NCBI RefSeq assembly: GCF_009914755.1
Contig: NC_060930.1
Length of the DNA: 64,000 bases
Direction: 5' to 3' (one strand)
From: the human T2T-CHM13v2.0 reference genome, Homo sapiens
Part shown: piece by piece, positions 37,650-50,718 of the stretch
How the letters are laid out: each line of letters begins with the position of its first letter
How positions within the stretch are numbered: position 1 is the stretch's first letter
Position numbers and translations under genes: made by a program
The notes under the pieces: model-generated
Databases searched by the model: none
Told to the model about the DNA's origin: nothing
The model's input: only the letters and a program-made list of their open reading frames with translations

Positions 37650-40638
37650 AAACTTCAAAATTTCATAATTTGAGGGTAAAAATTTGATTTGGATGAATCA
37701 AGATATAAAATTCAGTTAAAAGATGGCTGCTGTGAAAACCAAAAGGATATTTTCAATTTCCACAATATTTCTTATATTTGACTACATTTACATACATGAA
37801 GATTTTTCTTTGAAAAGTCATTAATGGAAAGAGCTAAATGTTTGCAGATTTTTTAGAAGAATGAAAGTTGGAAATTTATTTGGAAAGCTCAACCTCTTGG
37901 TTTTAATTGCAAGTAACTGAATCCGACTGTTTCCATTGTAGTTAAAACTTAAGAAAATAATAGACACATAAAAATACAAATGAGTGCCCATTCAAGGGTT
38001 AACTAATGGATAACCTATTTGAGTATGAGTCTGGTCATGTATAGGTATATTAGTTTTCCCTAGGTTTTTCTTGTTCATTGCCTTGTCCAGAGTTACACAA
38101 ACTGTTCAGATAGTCCAGAACTTTCTCACTCATTAGCTTCTTCTACACCACCCTTTTGTGTCTCTTCAGGTTACAAAAACCTCACCTTATCCAGCATTCA
38201 GCCTGGAACTGTGTGGACTTGCTTAGAAATGTAACCATCACTGTACATCTTGTTTTCTTGTGTCTTGTAAAAAATCTTTTAAAATCTGAGGCATTTAAAA
38301 TTTGAGGGCTTTCTAAAATCCCTGACAAATTCCTAGCAACTAAATTTTAATAATGTAGAGTTAATTGGTTCACTTGATAAATCCATCTAGGCTAATTAAA
38401 AGACAATGAATACATCTGAAAATCTGAGGAAGGCAACCTTCCCAGAAAAAAAATAATATATTCACACATACACAGCAGTTTCCACATGTATCAGGGGTTC
38501 ACAGGGGTTCATAGATCTAAGTCTCTCCATGAACTCCTACCACAGATTCCTAGAAAAAAGCTTTTATCTAGAAAATTTTATCCCAGAATGGAAATCATTA
38601 TCCTAAATTATCTAATTTTTCTCCATTTGCATATTGAAAATTAAACATATAATTGTTCAAATAGCACTCTACTGACATAATTATAAAATAATGAATATTA
38701 TCTAATAAGAAGAATATGAATATCAATTTCACTGTACAAACTGACCTATCTAGGTAATCTCTCACTGCTAAACAAACCTGTGACCAAATTTATTAATTAT
38801 TTTAGACCTTCTAAATAAAAAAATTAAAGAATGTGCCAAATATTTTAGGTTAAAACTAAACTGCACAATAGACATAATTATGTCATTTGACTAATAAAAT
38901 ATTAATCCTTGGTATAGTAAGGCTATATTCATAATGTTCATTTTTAAGAAAAACAAAAAACAATACTTAACACATTTTAAAATTTAAAATTGGAGATATT
39001 AATTTTTTTCTTCTTAACCATTTCCATTATTTGTTTTTGGAAGTTAAGTGAACTCTGAATTTGTCAGTCCTGTCAGTCCCTTTATGTTTGAATCCAATAC
39101 AGAAGGAAGGTGTCAAAAGAAATGAAACTCCATGGAGTGTCTAGGGAATGTAAATATTTCTCTTTCTCTGCCCTAAGGATTTGTTTGTCCAAATTTTGAC
39201 AGTCCATGAAATCTTTGACACTGAGACCTGTCAAATATTAACAACTTTGCCTCTGCCAAACAGACTCATCATTTAGACTTTTATCTTTGAAAAACAAAAA
39301 CAAAACAAAAAGCAAATGAAAAAGTTTTATGTCATCATCCAATTCAAAATATCAATAGATATAACTGATTTATAACCTTCCTCTTTTCAGACTGTGGACT
39401 TCTCAGTTAATGAAAAAATTTGTAGGGCAAGTATCAAAAATAACCTTATCAACAACATATAAAACAGTCTAATTGTAGTTGTCTAAAAATCACTACTGTA
39501 AGTTTTAAGACCCAATGTAGATTTTCCTTAAACACTACTTATTTTTTTGACTCCACACTCCAAGAATTTGCATTAGTATCATTTCCAGACTCCTCTGAAA
39601 ACTCCTTCATCAATTTGTCCAAACCTACATCTTCATTTCTAATTACCACAAGTGTACTACATCTCTGTTATAGAAAAGTGAGTCCATTTGATTGGTCTTC
39701 ATACACCTCTAAACCTTAACTTCTCAACTTTCCAGTGTGCTTCCTTAGAGAATTGGCTCATCAGCTCTGAACCAAGGTATCCACCAGATTTTTAGTACAA
39801 TCCTGGATATCTTCCTAGATTTCATACTGGCTCTACATTTATCTAATTTTCACTCATATTTCAATAGGTTGAACTATAAGTGCTCTTGGCCTACAAAATG
39901 GCCATTTTAACAAACTCAACCTAATAAAAGCAACTTTTTTTTTGCACTTTTGCTATATTGTTTTATAAGTGGTCTCTTGGTGTGAGATGTATACACGCTC
40001 ACATGGACTACCATCAGTTTCTTTTCTCAACGGAAAACAGTATGTTTTATGTTTTAGCATGTCCTCATGGCAACAGGGTATGTACATTTAGTAAATATAC
40101 TTTTAAAAGGAATTTCCAAAGATATTCTTATTGTGATTACATTCTAAAATATCACTATGAAACATTTACTAATATTGATCATAAAATCTAGATTGTCCCA
40201 TGAAACTAAAACTTAAACCAATCAACAGTAGATAATTTAAAGAATTTTCTTAGAACACTAAAAGAAAAAGATAAGCTTCAAAGACAAAACAAAGCACAAC
40301 CAAACTTCCTTCCCTCCTCTTCACAAATGATTCTTTTACTCATGTGATGCTCCCACTCCAGCTGTGCAAGTGTGGAAACATTATCTTTATTAAGGAGGAA
40401 ATATCATTAGTAAGCTTCTATTTTGTGTCCATAGAATTTATATTATAAAAAGAGAAAGTGATTATTCAAAATGAAAGCTAAAATAATAAAATTAGTAGAA
40501 CCACTAATTTATGGTAATTAGTGTGGTAGTAATTGTGGAAAACTGTATTTTTATAATTATTTAAAAGTGTTCTTAATGAGCCTTTACCTACATGTTCCAG
40601 TAATACTGGCTATTAATGTATTCAATCCTTTTTGTTTA

Positions 40639-40809
<171 letters not shown>

Positions 40810-41016
40810 TTATAAAAAGAAATGAACATTTTAAATATGTATAATAACTGATATATTATTTATGGCAATACCATAAATACATATGTGCATTTTTGGTTGG
40901 TAGTTCAGCAGCATCAGGTCTACCCATCTTGAATCTCTATGCGTATTTAAAGTTATTTATCTGATTTTTAGAATACCATTACAAGTTTCATCATTTCAAG
41001 TTTACAAGGCAACTCA

Positions 41017-41390
<374 letters not shown>

Positions 41391-41839
41391 AAAGACAAAC
41401 TAGGCAAAGTTACTATGAAAATGAAATAAAATATGGATAATTTAAATAAATTCTCACATATTTTCTTTTTTTCTAATCTTACAAAAGTTATAAGGATTAG
41501 CATAGTTAATATTCCTTTAAATCTTTATTTAAAATGTGATTACAGTTTTCTACAAATATGAGTGCTAGTAGCTAGATGTTTTTGTACGTAACTATATTCT
41601 ATGACTCTCCCAATATAGGGCAGTCATGTTATCAACACTTTCCTTCTTAGTCTATATATATATTGTACAAACAATGATTCTTCCAGAAAAACAAAAAACA
41701 AAAAACAAAAAAAGCAACCTCAAAATGCTTAGCTCAATTTGCTTCATTTCTCCTGTTTAGTTTTACATTATTAGGTCCTGCTTTCATGGTAGAAAAATCT
41801 TAAGAATATGAAGAAGTGCAGTAAATGACTTTTTCTTAC

Positions 41840-42049
41840 AGTAGTTGTATAGACAGCTTCTGGATCATCCTCTATAACTCGGGACAGGCCAAAATCTGAC
41901 ACTTTACAAACGAGATTGCTGTTGACAAGAATATTGCGAGCTGCAAGGTCCCTGTGAACATATCCCATATCAGCCAAATATCTCATTCCAGCAGCAATTC
42001 CTCTCAGCATTCCTACTAACTGAATGACTGTAAATTGCCCATCATGTTT
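41840..42049 (-). CDS. EPHA7: EPHA7 exon 13 (210 bp), catalytic loop [11 protein letters not shown], activation loop
   Basis: ctgcag|AAACATGAT...ACAACTACT|gtaaga. Translates [70 protein letters not shown]. Confidence 0.97.
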
Positions 42050-43473
42050 CTGCAGGAAGACAAAAATAAAAGCCCAGTTAACTGCATACTTTAAAAGGGA
42101 CAAAAATCACCATGAAAAATATCTGCGTGCTAGCAATTTGCTATTGTATAATAGGAATTGTTAATTTTTTATATAATATGGATACCTGTGGAAAAAAATA
42201 ACATGCTTATTTAGCTGACAGCCAAATAAGATAATTTTGGTAATCATTTAGTTATTTATACTAATTTGATATTTTAAAATGAACTAATAACAGTTTGAGT
42301 TTGCACAAGTCCAAAAGTATATGCTAATTTTTAAGTTTGGAAATAGAGTATCTAAAAAATTACCCCCAATAGCTAAGTGTTTTCCCCACATGCCAAAAAG
42401 TCTAAATAATATAAAAGTATATAAAGAAATTAATATACATATAATAAGGTTTATTTTCCTCTAAATGCTAAAAAAGAGCAACGGGGGAAATATTTGAGTC
42501 AAAATGAAGAGAAACTAAAATGTAGAAAGTAATTGTAGTGGCCACTTTGTTTCCATTTCATTTTTTCTTAGTTTTGCTACTGATAGGAGCATTACTTGTA
42601 ACAAGGATTCTCTAGGACAGATGTACTAGCAAATGGGATTGAGAACTGTTTGCAACCAGACTGGCCACTTCCAACCCATTTTAACCAAAAAATTACTCCA
42701 GCTGAATATAAACATGCTGGATGAAGTATGCTAGTCTGAGTTGATTAATTTTCTAGTTGATACTTTTATCATGATGATGCAGCAATAAAAGTTTCTCTAA
42801 ATCCTATGACTGTTTATACGCCTGAGTTAAATATGATTCTAGATCATATTAAATAACTTTGCATGTTCTCTTTTTCTTTAGATTATTTTTTCTTTGCCAT
42901 TTGGAAAAATGTTCACATGTTAATATTCTTAGTTAAAAAGCCTCTGAGAATAAAAATATCTATGTTTATATATTCTGGATTTATATGTCATTTACAAATA
43001 AACCACATACCATTAATTTGAAAAATAATGTTAATAGTCATACATTTTATGCTTGGTGTTCACCTAACAATAAAATAGAAATGGTTCTACAGAGCAGAGT
43101 TGTGATCATAGTGTCAACACAGAATGGTTATCTCACCTTTTAGTCTTTTCCATATTATCTCTATATTTCATTTACAATTGTATATACTGTTTTATAACAT
43201 GAATTCAAATTACAGGGCTTCGGGCATCCTCCATACCTCAGGTAATAATATTAATGGAAATAACTTCTTGACCACATTGTATTACTTCAATGCTCAAAAT
43301 ATTCTAGTTTAATCTAGTCTTGAACTCTGATTATTAATCTGATTTTCAAAGACAATCTTCTAACCTCTTACTATTTTACAAGGCTCTCATTTTACATTGC
43401 AAAAAAAGTTCATAAAATTATATTGGTAGCAAGCATAGTATATTTAGAATAAGTGGATCACTTTGGTACTTAC

Positions 43474-43535
43474 CCTGAGAAATGCATCTAGGGCTCCATT
43501 TTCCATGAACTCTATTACTATCATGACTGGTTTCC
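43474..43535 (-). CDS. EPHA7: EPHA7 exon 12 (62 bp), kinase hinge
   Basis: ttttag|GGAAACCAG...CTCAGG|gtaagt. Translates (G)KPVMIVIEFMENGALDAFLR. Confidence 0.96.
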
Positions 43536-44110
43536 CTAAAATTAAAAAAAAAAAGTTTCAGGAGTCGTAACCTGAGCTGGAGGGTCATTTCCTTTCTCAT
43601 CCCCCAATAAAACACATGGTGTTCTTTTGAAAGAGTGAGTGTGAGAAGTATGAGCATTTCTTTTATTGTTGCTGCTAAGCTCAAAAAGTCATTATATGTC
43701 TGCTTGGAAGATGGTCATGATTCATAAAATTAAACCATATAAATAAAAGTCACTGTGTTCTTCTGACTCCTGCTTTGTGAGTAAAACTCAGAGAAAATTA
43801 CACTTTATGTAAAATGTAAAGACTATATTGCATAATTATTATGTCTCTTGAAGAGAAATAAAAACATTTATCAGTCATTCCATCTATCAGAGTTATTCTT
43901 CAACTCTAATCTTGCATTCATTTTTTTTCTGCTTTCTTTTCCCTTGAGGTGATAACATAAAGGAAGAATTTTTTGATTAGTTACATACCAAGAAAACACA
44001 TTCATTTAGACTGTGCAACATATTTCATAATTTGTTTTATTGTGTACATAATAATACTAATTTCTGACACTCAGTCTTTTTGATAAAATAAAGATATAAC
44101 CAATATCTAC

Positions 44111-44296
44111 CTCTTGTAACAACCCCTTCCAAATGGACAACATTTGGGTGGTCAAACTGCCCCATGATGCTTGCTTCACACAAAAAGTCTCTCCTTTGTT
44201 TTTCTGTGTAACCAACTTTCAGGGTTTTTATGGCTACTGCAACATCTCTTTTCCCTGGAAGTTTCAAACGGCCACTGCAGACTTCACCGAATTCTC
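44111..44296 (-). CDS. EPHA7: EPHA7 exon 11 (186 bp), kinase N-lobe (G-loop, VAIK lysine)
   Basis: acttcag|GAGAATTC...ACAAGAG|gtagat. Translates [62 protein letters not shown]. Confidence 0.97.
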
Positions 44297-45369
44297 CTGA
44301 AGTAACAGAACAAGCAGGCATATTTTAGTTTCTAAATATTGTAATTTTCTTTTAAGAGTAAATGCGTTGAATTATTTTTCTTTAACTTTTAGTAAATTAT
44401 TTGAAAGCATTTTAAAATATTTTCAAAAATACTTGGTAAAGCCCTGTGAGTTACATTGAATACATTCCCATATATAGGGGAGTCTATTTCCTAGACACAA
44501 AAGTTGTTTATGAAAATAATGGCATAAATGAAATTAAAACTTGAAGATACAGTTCAGAGCTCTTTCATAGAAGTTACGCTTTCCTAAACTGTCTGTTAAA
44601 CAGGCTACTATTTTTCAATTGAATTAACCAACACTCAGGGTCAACATTTAGATTTGAATTATGCTATTATATATTATATATTTAAAAATTTTTTTATATA
44701 TATTATATTAGTATATTACCTAGACTACCTACTAAAGCATGAGGACACATCAGCAAATTCTAAACATTGCTATTCCTTTTAATTTTGAGAAGAAAATATT
44801 TATTAAATATTTAAAATCTGGAATTTATATGCACTATGTCTACTGGATTTAAAGGAATTAGAATCAGAAATGTATAATTAGTATAAAAATACATACATAT
44901 AGAAAATATTCCCTTTAATTCATACACATTAATTTTCTACATGAATTTAAAGTACAATGGCTAATACCTACAAATACAAGAGAAAAGATAAAAATGAAAG
45001 TTTTGTAAGAAGACAGTAAATCAAGTAAAAGGAAATGTGCAGCAAAATTCTGGAAATTTCTGACCTTTTAAAAATACAAATTCATTTCTTAAATGACAGG
45101 CCAGAGCTATTATAAAGTAGCTTGTAGTAGAACAATATCTTAAAAATCCAACAGAAAACCAAAAATATATGGATTCTTTGTGCCACATGCTAGTTTTTCA
45201 CATTTTTTCATAAGATTTCATAAACAAGTACAGCCTCACTGCTTCCAACAGTTCAGGTAAATGCAAAAGTTCTATACTTGAGGGATAATTATTTGCCTGT
45301 CATTATGATGTATGACTTTCGATCTTGGCTAAATGGAACAGCTGAACGAGGAAGCTACAATAGCCTTAC

Positions 45370-45495
45370 CTGCACCAATCACACGCTCAATTTTAATACA
45401 GGAGGCATCTAGCTCCTTGGCGAATTGATGGACAGCTCTATTTGGGTCCTCATAGGTTTCAGGGTCAATGTAGGTTTTGGTGCCTGGAAATTTAA
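45370..45495 (-). CDS. EPHA7: EPHA7 exon 10 (126 bp), juxtamembrane tyrosines and start of kinase; alternative acceptor starts at 45483
   Basis: cattacag|TTAAATTTCCAGGC...GGTGCAG|gtaagg. Translates (F)[41 protein letters not shown]. Confidence 0.96.
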
Positions 45496-46697
45496 CTGTA
45501 ATGATGTAAGAAAGCATGACTGTGATGAAGCAAAGCACTTATTGTGCAGTCAGCCCAGGAATTTCATTATGCAGAGTGCTCCTTGGAACAGTGAACTTGC
45601 TTCCACATCACCTGATTCACAGCAGTTTTAACAGACTACTTCAGTCTGCTGGCGTATAGGTATTATCTGCAAGCTTCTATAGGTAACATAGGATCCAGCT
45701 CATAGGTTACTAACTGAATTGCTTTTCCAGTAAATCAACAAAAGACATTCACCAAAATTTCTGACATGCCTATCAGACTGGAGGTTTAATTAAATTCACT
45801 GCTATCATGGCATAGTTCAAGCCATATTAAGGTTTGTAATGGACTTGGAAACACATTTGTAAATCTACCAGTCAGTCAATCAATCAAATTAATACACTGG
45901 GAAAAGAAGACATTTCATTTACAGGTAGCCTACTACACTGACAGCAATATTAAAAACATTTAGACATCTTACTTATTCTTTTGATTTATTTTTTTAAAGA
46001 CCAACCACCGTTGATATATACATAAAATTAATACAAGATGTGAGGGACTTCTATCACAGAATCAAAGAGATATCTTCTAAAGACAGTTTCATCTTCACCT
46101 TCAAGGGCAATAGAGGCCAGATATACAAAATGCAGAGTAAAGTTAGAAAATTTACAATATTCCTGGGATCTGTTAACCAAGTATGACAGCGATTTGAAAG
46201 AGGAATGGTTTATATGAACTTTCAATTATAAGGCTCTGGAAGATCTTAACTGCTGAGGAGGTAGCCAATATGCCTCACAAAAGGTAGTCAAAATGCAAAC
46301 AACATAGAATAATCTTAAAAGTTAAAATCTTCTTAAAATGCACCCAGAAGCATGCAGGTAACAGATAATACTATGTCAACTTTAAATAAAATTCAATTAC
46401 AATAATGTATTCCAAATCTATTTGGTAAAAGACAAAGATAAGATAGATAGGCATATATTTGGTTATATTAATGCAATAAAAATTACACTATATCCTCAAA
46501 AAAACTTTATTGTTTTAACAAAGCCACTGAACAATCTTTTCATCAAATCTTACTATTTGGAGAACAATATATTTCTTTATATATTACACTGCAGCCTAAC
46601 TGTGCTTATGTCATCACATTAAAACTATATTTTAAAAGTAAACACATAACAAAAAGAAGCAAAATGTATAAAGGAAAATGGGATTTAAAAATCTTGA

Positions 46698-46703
46698 TTT
46701 ATT
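46698..46703 (-). terminator. Candidate intronic poly(A) signal for the T1-type exon (second AATAAA at 46506-46511)
   Basis: TTTATT on the + strand (AATAAA on the transcript), 58 nt after the T1 stop codon. Confidence 0.5.
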
Positions 46704-46760
46704 CTGCTGTAGTTGATTGTTTATCCAAAATTGATTGTCTTAAACAATTATTGTTGCAGT

Positions 46761-46795
46761 TTATAAAACTGACAGATGCTCATTTGTTACTAAAG
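46761..46795 (-). CDS. EPHA7: Alternative terminal exon (T1-type kinase-less isoform), coding part
   Basis: cttcag|CT TTA GTA ACA AAT GAG CAT CTG TCA GTT TTA TAA. In frame with the exon 9 phase-1 donor it gives SLVTNEHLSVL*, the rodent EphA7-T1 tail as I recall it. It has a long pyrimidine tract upstream and AATAAA downstream. Confidence 0.85.
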
Positions 46796-49700
46796 CTGAA
46801 GATGAAAAAAAAAACAACACGAGAAGAAAAGAGAGAGGGGATAGAAGGAGAAAAGAGAGAAGAAGGAGTATAGGGAAAAGGGGAAGAGAAAAAGAGAGAA
46901 GGGAAGAAAACAATAGGTTAACCTCCTAGATTGGCAGGCAGATGGAGAATGAGCCATCTTCTCCCTTTTTATTCTCTCTTTCTTTCATTTTTTTAAAATT
47001 TTGTTTTGATAAGGGAGCTAGATTGGAGGTAACCTTCTGCATCTCAAACGGTCTCTGATGGTTCTTTATTCAAGCTGTCATAAAACATTTTGACAGACCA
47101 GAGCTTTTTTTGGCATAAAAACATGAAATACTGCCCAGCTTGGATTTGAAGACATTGTTAGAAGAAATGGTAGGAGGAAACAAAATGTAAATTCGAATTG
47201 CTTCACTAAATTCCTCCATTGTGTTTATATCTTTAAATGTAGCACTTGGGGCCATGAAAAGTTGAGGGTGCCTGATACAAATGACTGGACATTCTATTAA
47301 ATTCAGTGCTCTAAAAGCTAGTTAAATGGTTGCTTTCAAGTTTCTGTAAAAATTCAATCTGGTGTTCTAGCACCTGGGAAAATTGTCCATGTACTAAATA
47401 GAGGAATAAAAAGACAGCAACTTGTAAACAGCTGGTTACCACAGTATTATACTTTCTATATTAAGTAATCATAAAATCAAATAAAATACCTGGTTTTAAT
47501 CAAATGACAAGAAAACATATCCTTGGAAAAAGGGTGACTCAAAATATTAAGAATTTACCAGGATAGGATATGTTAAGTGCACTTTTTTCATTATTCATTT
47601 AAAAATGAATGTTTTAAAATAAGGAAAATACTGACATTATTTCTGAATATTCTGGTTTATCCCAACTTGAGTATGAACTTTTGTATTTTAAAATATTATT
47701 TTGATTTCTCATGAAATTTCAATATCTTAAAACCACCATTGCTAGTTTTCTCTAATGATGAAAACTTTATATACAGCAAGTTTATCTTGTCTATATTAGC
47801 AAGTAAGGCATGCAACTATATATTTTCTAATTACAAACTGGATGTGAAATGTGAAAAAAGTGAATGGCATAAAAATATTAAAACTGACTGATGACAATTA
47901 AGCATAAGGCTATACAACAAATTTTGGATAAGCCATGTTTCAACTGACCTTCTGCATTAACCTGCAAGTTAAAAGTAAATAAACTGGTGTATGTGATCAC
48001 TGGGGGATATTTCAAATATGCTCAATAAATAAAAGAAAAGTGAAATACTGATTATGGTAATATTAAATAATTGTGCCATTAAATTGTTCACATATGGGCA
48101 GGACCAGGGATTTCAGGAACTACAGTCTTATATTACTCTTCTATATACATTCTACACTAGAAATAAAATTTAGGCATTCAAGTTTTGATCTGCTCCTTCC
48201 TGTCTGGGGAAGTGTTAAAAATATTCTCACATGTTATTAAATAGAAACAAAAAAAGGTAACCTCCACTTTTTTCTCTATTTCCTCTAGCTATAAACTACC
48301 TATGGTTCTCTCTTCACTGAGGCTTGTCGCAGGAAAATTAATGCCAGATTAGCAAAAGGAAGTTCTGACATTGGGGGCATATCAAATAATCCCAAGTGGG
48401 GTATAGAAACACACATATTCAGTCATATTCAGGGGTATATTAAGTTTTTTGAGGCTTACCCCATATACAGTTTGGGATACTTTTTTTAGGGGAAAGAATA
48501 CATGATTATATACATAAATTTGCTACAGCACTCCCAGGGCCTAAAAAAGGCCTGTGAAAGTAAGAGGCCTTGAATATTAAACTTTATAATAAAGCCACTT
48601 CCGGGCATACATTTAACTTCAATTTGTAGTAAATTGTACTACCCCACATGCCCTTCCTATCATCAGAGGTTGAGATTCAAGAGAATTTCTTATTCAATTT
48701 GGATTTGTGTTACATAAAAGCACTTCTGTTTTGAAAACTAAAGGTAACTGTTGGTTCAAAAATACAAACACATTGAGAAAATTTAGGAATGATAAGAGCA
48801 TTTACAATTTGTGTATTTAAACCACACATTGTCATTTGAGCTTTTTTATTAAAAAAAAAGTATCACAAAGAAAATCTAAAATGTATTAGAAATTCTTGAT
48901 GGAGGCTTTGATATTCTTATGACTTTAGGATGGGTATAGGACAGTATCTTCACAGATATTGACATAAGAATCTAATAAATAACACAACAAAAGATACAAT
49001 TCTTACATCTTATGTCATGGGAAATTTATCTACACATGAGAACATTTGCCAAAGATTATGGGTACTACAAAATAATAATAAAATTGGTTTTTAATATTCT
49101 TAAGGATTAAAAATGGGGAAAATAGGTAAAGGTAAGAACATCATCAACTATCATAACTGAAGTAATTTGGTTGTTAGGTTTTGATTTTGCCTACATAAAG
49201 TAATAACAGTTACTCTCAGTGATCTCATTTTCACATGCCATCTTGTTTCATTGCAACAAGAATAAGATTAATGCAGATAGGCATCTATTTTATTTGGGTC
49301 CCTAAGCTTTCTTCTAAATATGATTTCTAAAATGAACTTTTAAGAATAAGCTAACTCAAATCCATAGGAAAACATCAGAAGTATGAATCTTATTATTATA
49401 CTATTTATGTCCTATGAAATATCTATCAATGATAGGTAATTTATAGTAGCTGAAGAGAAAGAGGCTCCTTAATTTAGCCTTTTGTGGTAGCATCACTCAT
49501 TGGATTAAAAAAGGGCCTATCTTTGTAACCTGACATGACATTCCTTAGCTAGAGAAGGGGCACATGCAACCTTTAATGTATTATTATTAGGATGGTAAGA
49601 AACACTTGGGCAAAGTTTGCAAAATGAAACATTGTGATGTAAAAGCAGCTGAATATCCTGCAATTATATGACATTTCTGAACATATTTTATTTTTTCAAA

Positions 49701-49875
49701 TTCACATCACATGATTTTAATTCTAAACATCTGATTCAAATGCTTTAAAGCAACATTTTGAGCTCATGGTATAATTTCAAGCATGATGCATGAGGACTTT
49801 GTTAATGCCAATGCTAATAACCAGATTTTTCTGTTAATAGGGGTACATCATAATAAAGAAAAGCCAAACACTTAC

Positions 49876-49931
49876 AATGAAAGTAAAGCTCTTCATCGCC
49901 TTCTTGGTCAGCTTTGCTATAACCACAGTGC
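49876..49931 (-). CDS. EPHA7: EPHA7 exon 9 (56 bp), proximal juxtamembrane; its donor is the branch point for full-length/T1/T2 choice
   Basis: ttcttcaag|GCACTGTGG...TTTCATT|gtaagt. Translates (R)HCGYSKADQEGDEELYFH plus 1 nt (phase 1). Confidence 0.95.
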
Positions 49932-50609
49932 CTTGAAGAAAGCAAATTTGTGACAATCTCAGTCATTTTACTTTATATATTTACTATTCAGTACAATGTA
50001 CCTTAGTTACTCAACAACTTACTAGAGTTAAATTTACTGTTCATAGTTATGAATCCATTTAGTAATAATATAGCGATTCACGATTAAAATTGCAAAGAAA
50101 ACAAACTTTTTGTGTGAGAAAATGTAAAAGGAACATTTTAAAAAATACATTTAGATTGAATACACAAAATTCAGTATGATTTGAATCCACAAGGTTCAAT
50201 TTACAAAAATATTCATGAGTCACAAATAGTCACAGGTGAATGTTTACTTATATTTCTTTCTGGAAAAGAAAAACTTTTTAAATGGTGTCCACAAACATTT
50301 AATAGCTAAAAGAGTAAACATTTCCCCAGGTATATTCTATATTTATTATGAAAACTTAACTCTGAAAATAAGCAAAAATATTCACCCAATAAAAACTGCA
50401 ATACTCATTCTCTTTAAATGAAAGGCAGTGATCAAACTCATATTCCATTTTGATCTTGAAGGAATGACACATTATTGACCTTTAATGTTTTATATCAAAG
50501 AATGTTTGCATTTACTATTTAAAATTTTATTACACTAAGTAATAGGCTGACATAATTCTTAAAAAACAATACATTTTATGTTAGAGATTAGAACAACTTT
50601 GTGTTCTAC

Positions 50610-50718
50610 CTTCTCCCAATGATGAAGCCAAAGACCATGAACACCAAAATGATGGTCCCAGCTACAGCAACCACAGCAATGATAATAACAGGATTCTGTT
50701 CACTGGAGACAGCTGTAG
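50610..50718 (-). CDS. EPHA7: EPHA7 exon 8 (109 bp), transmembrane helix
   Basis: tttacag|CTACAGCTG...GGGAGAAG|gtagaa. Translates (A)TAVSSEQNPVIIIAVVAVAGTIILVFMVFGFIIGR(R). Confidence 0.96.

Noticed and set aside
41771-42103. ORF-track kinase fragments with extra N- and C-terminal residues (also 31295-31522, 44037-44321, 45329-45538)
   Set aside because: The extensions are intronic run-on. True boundaries are set by GT-AG sites and phase continuity.
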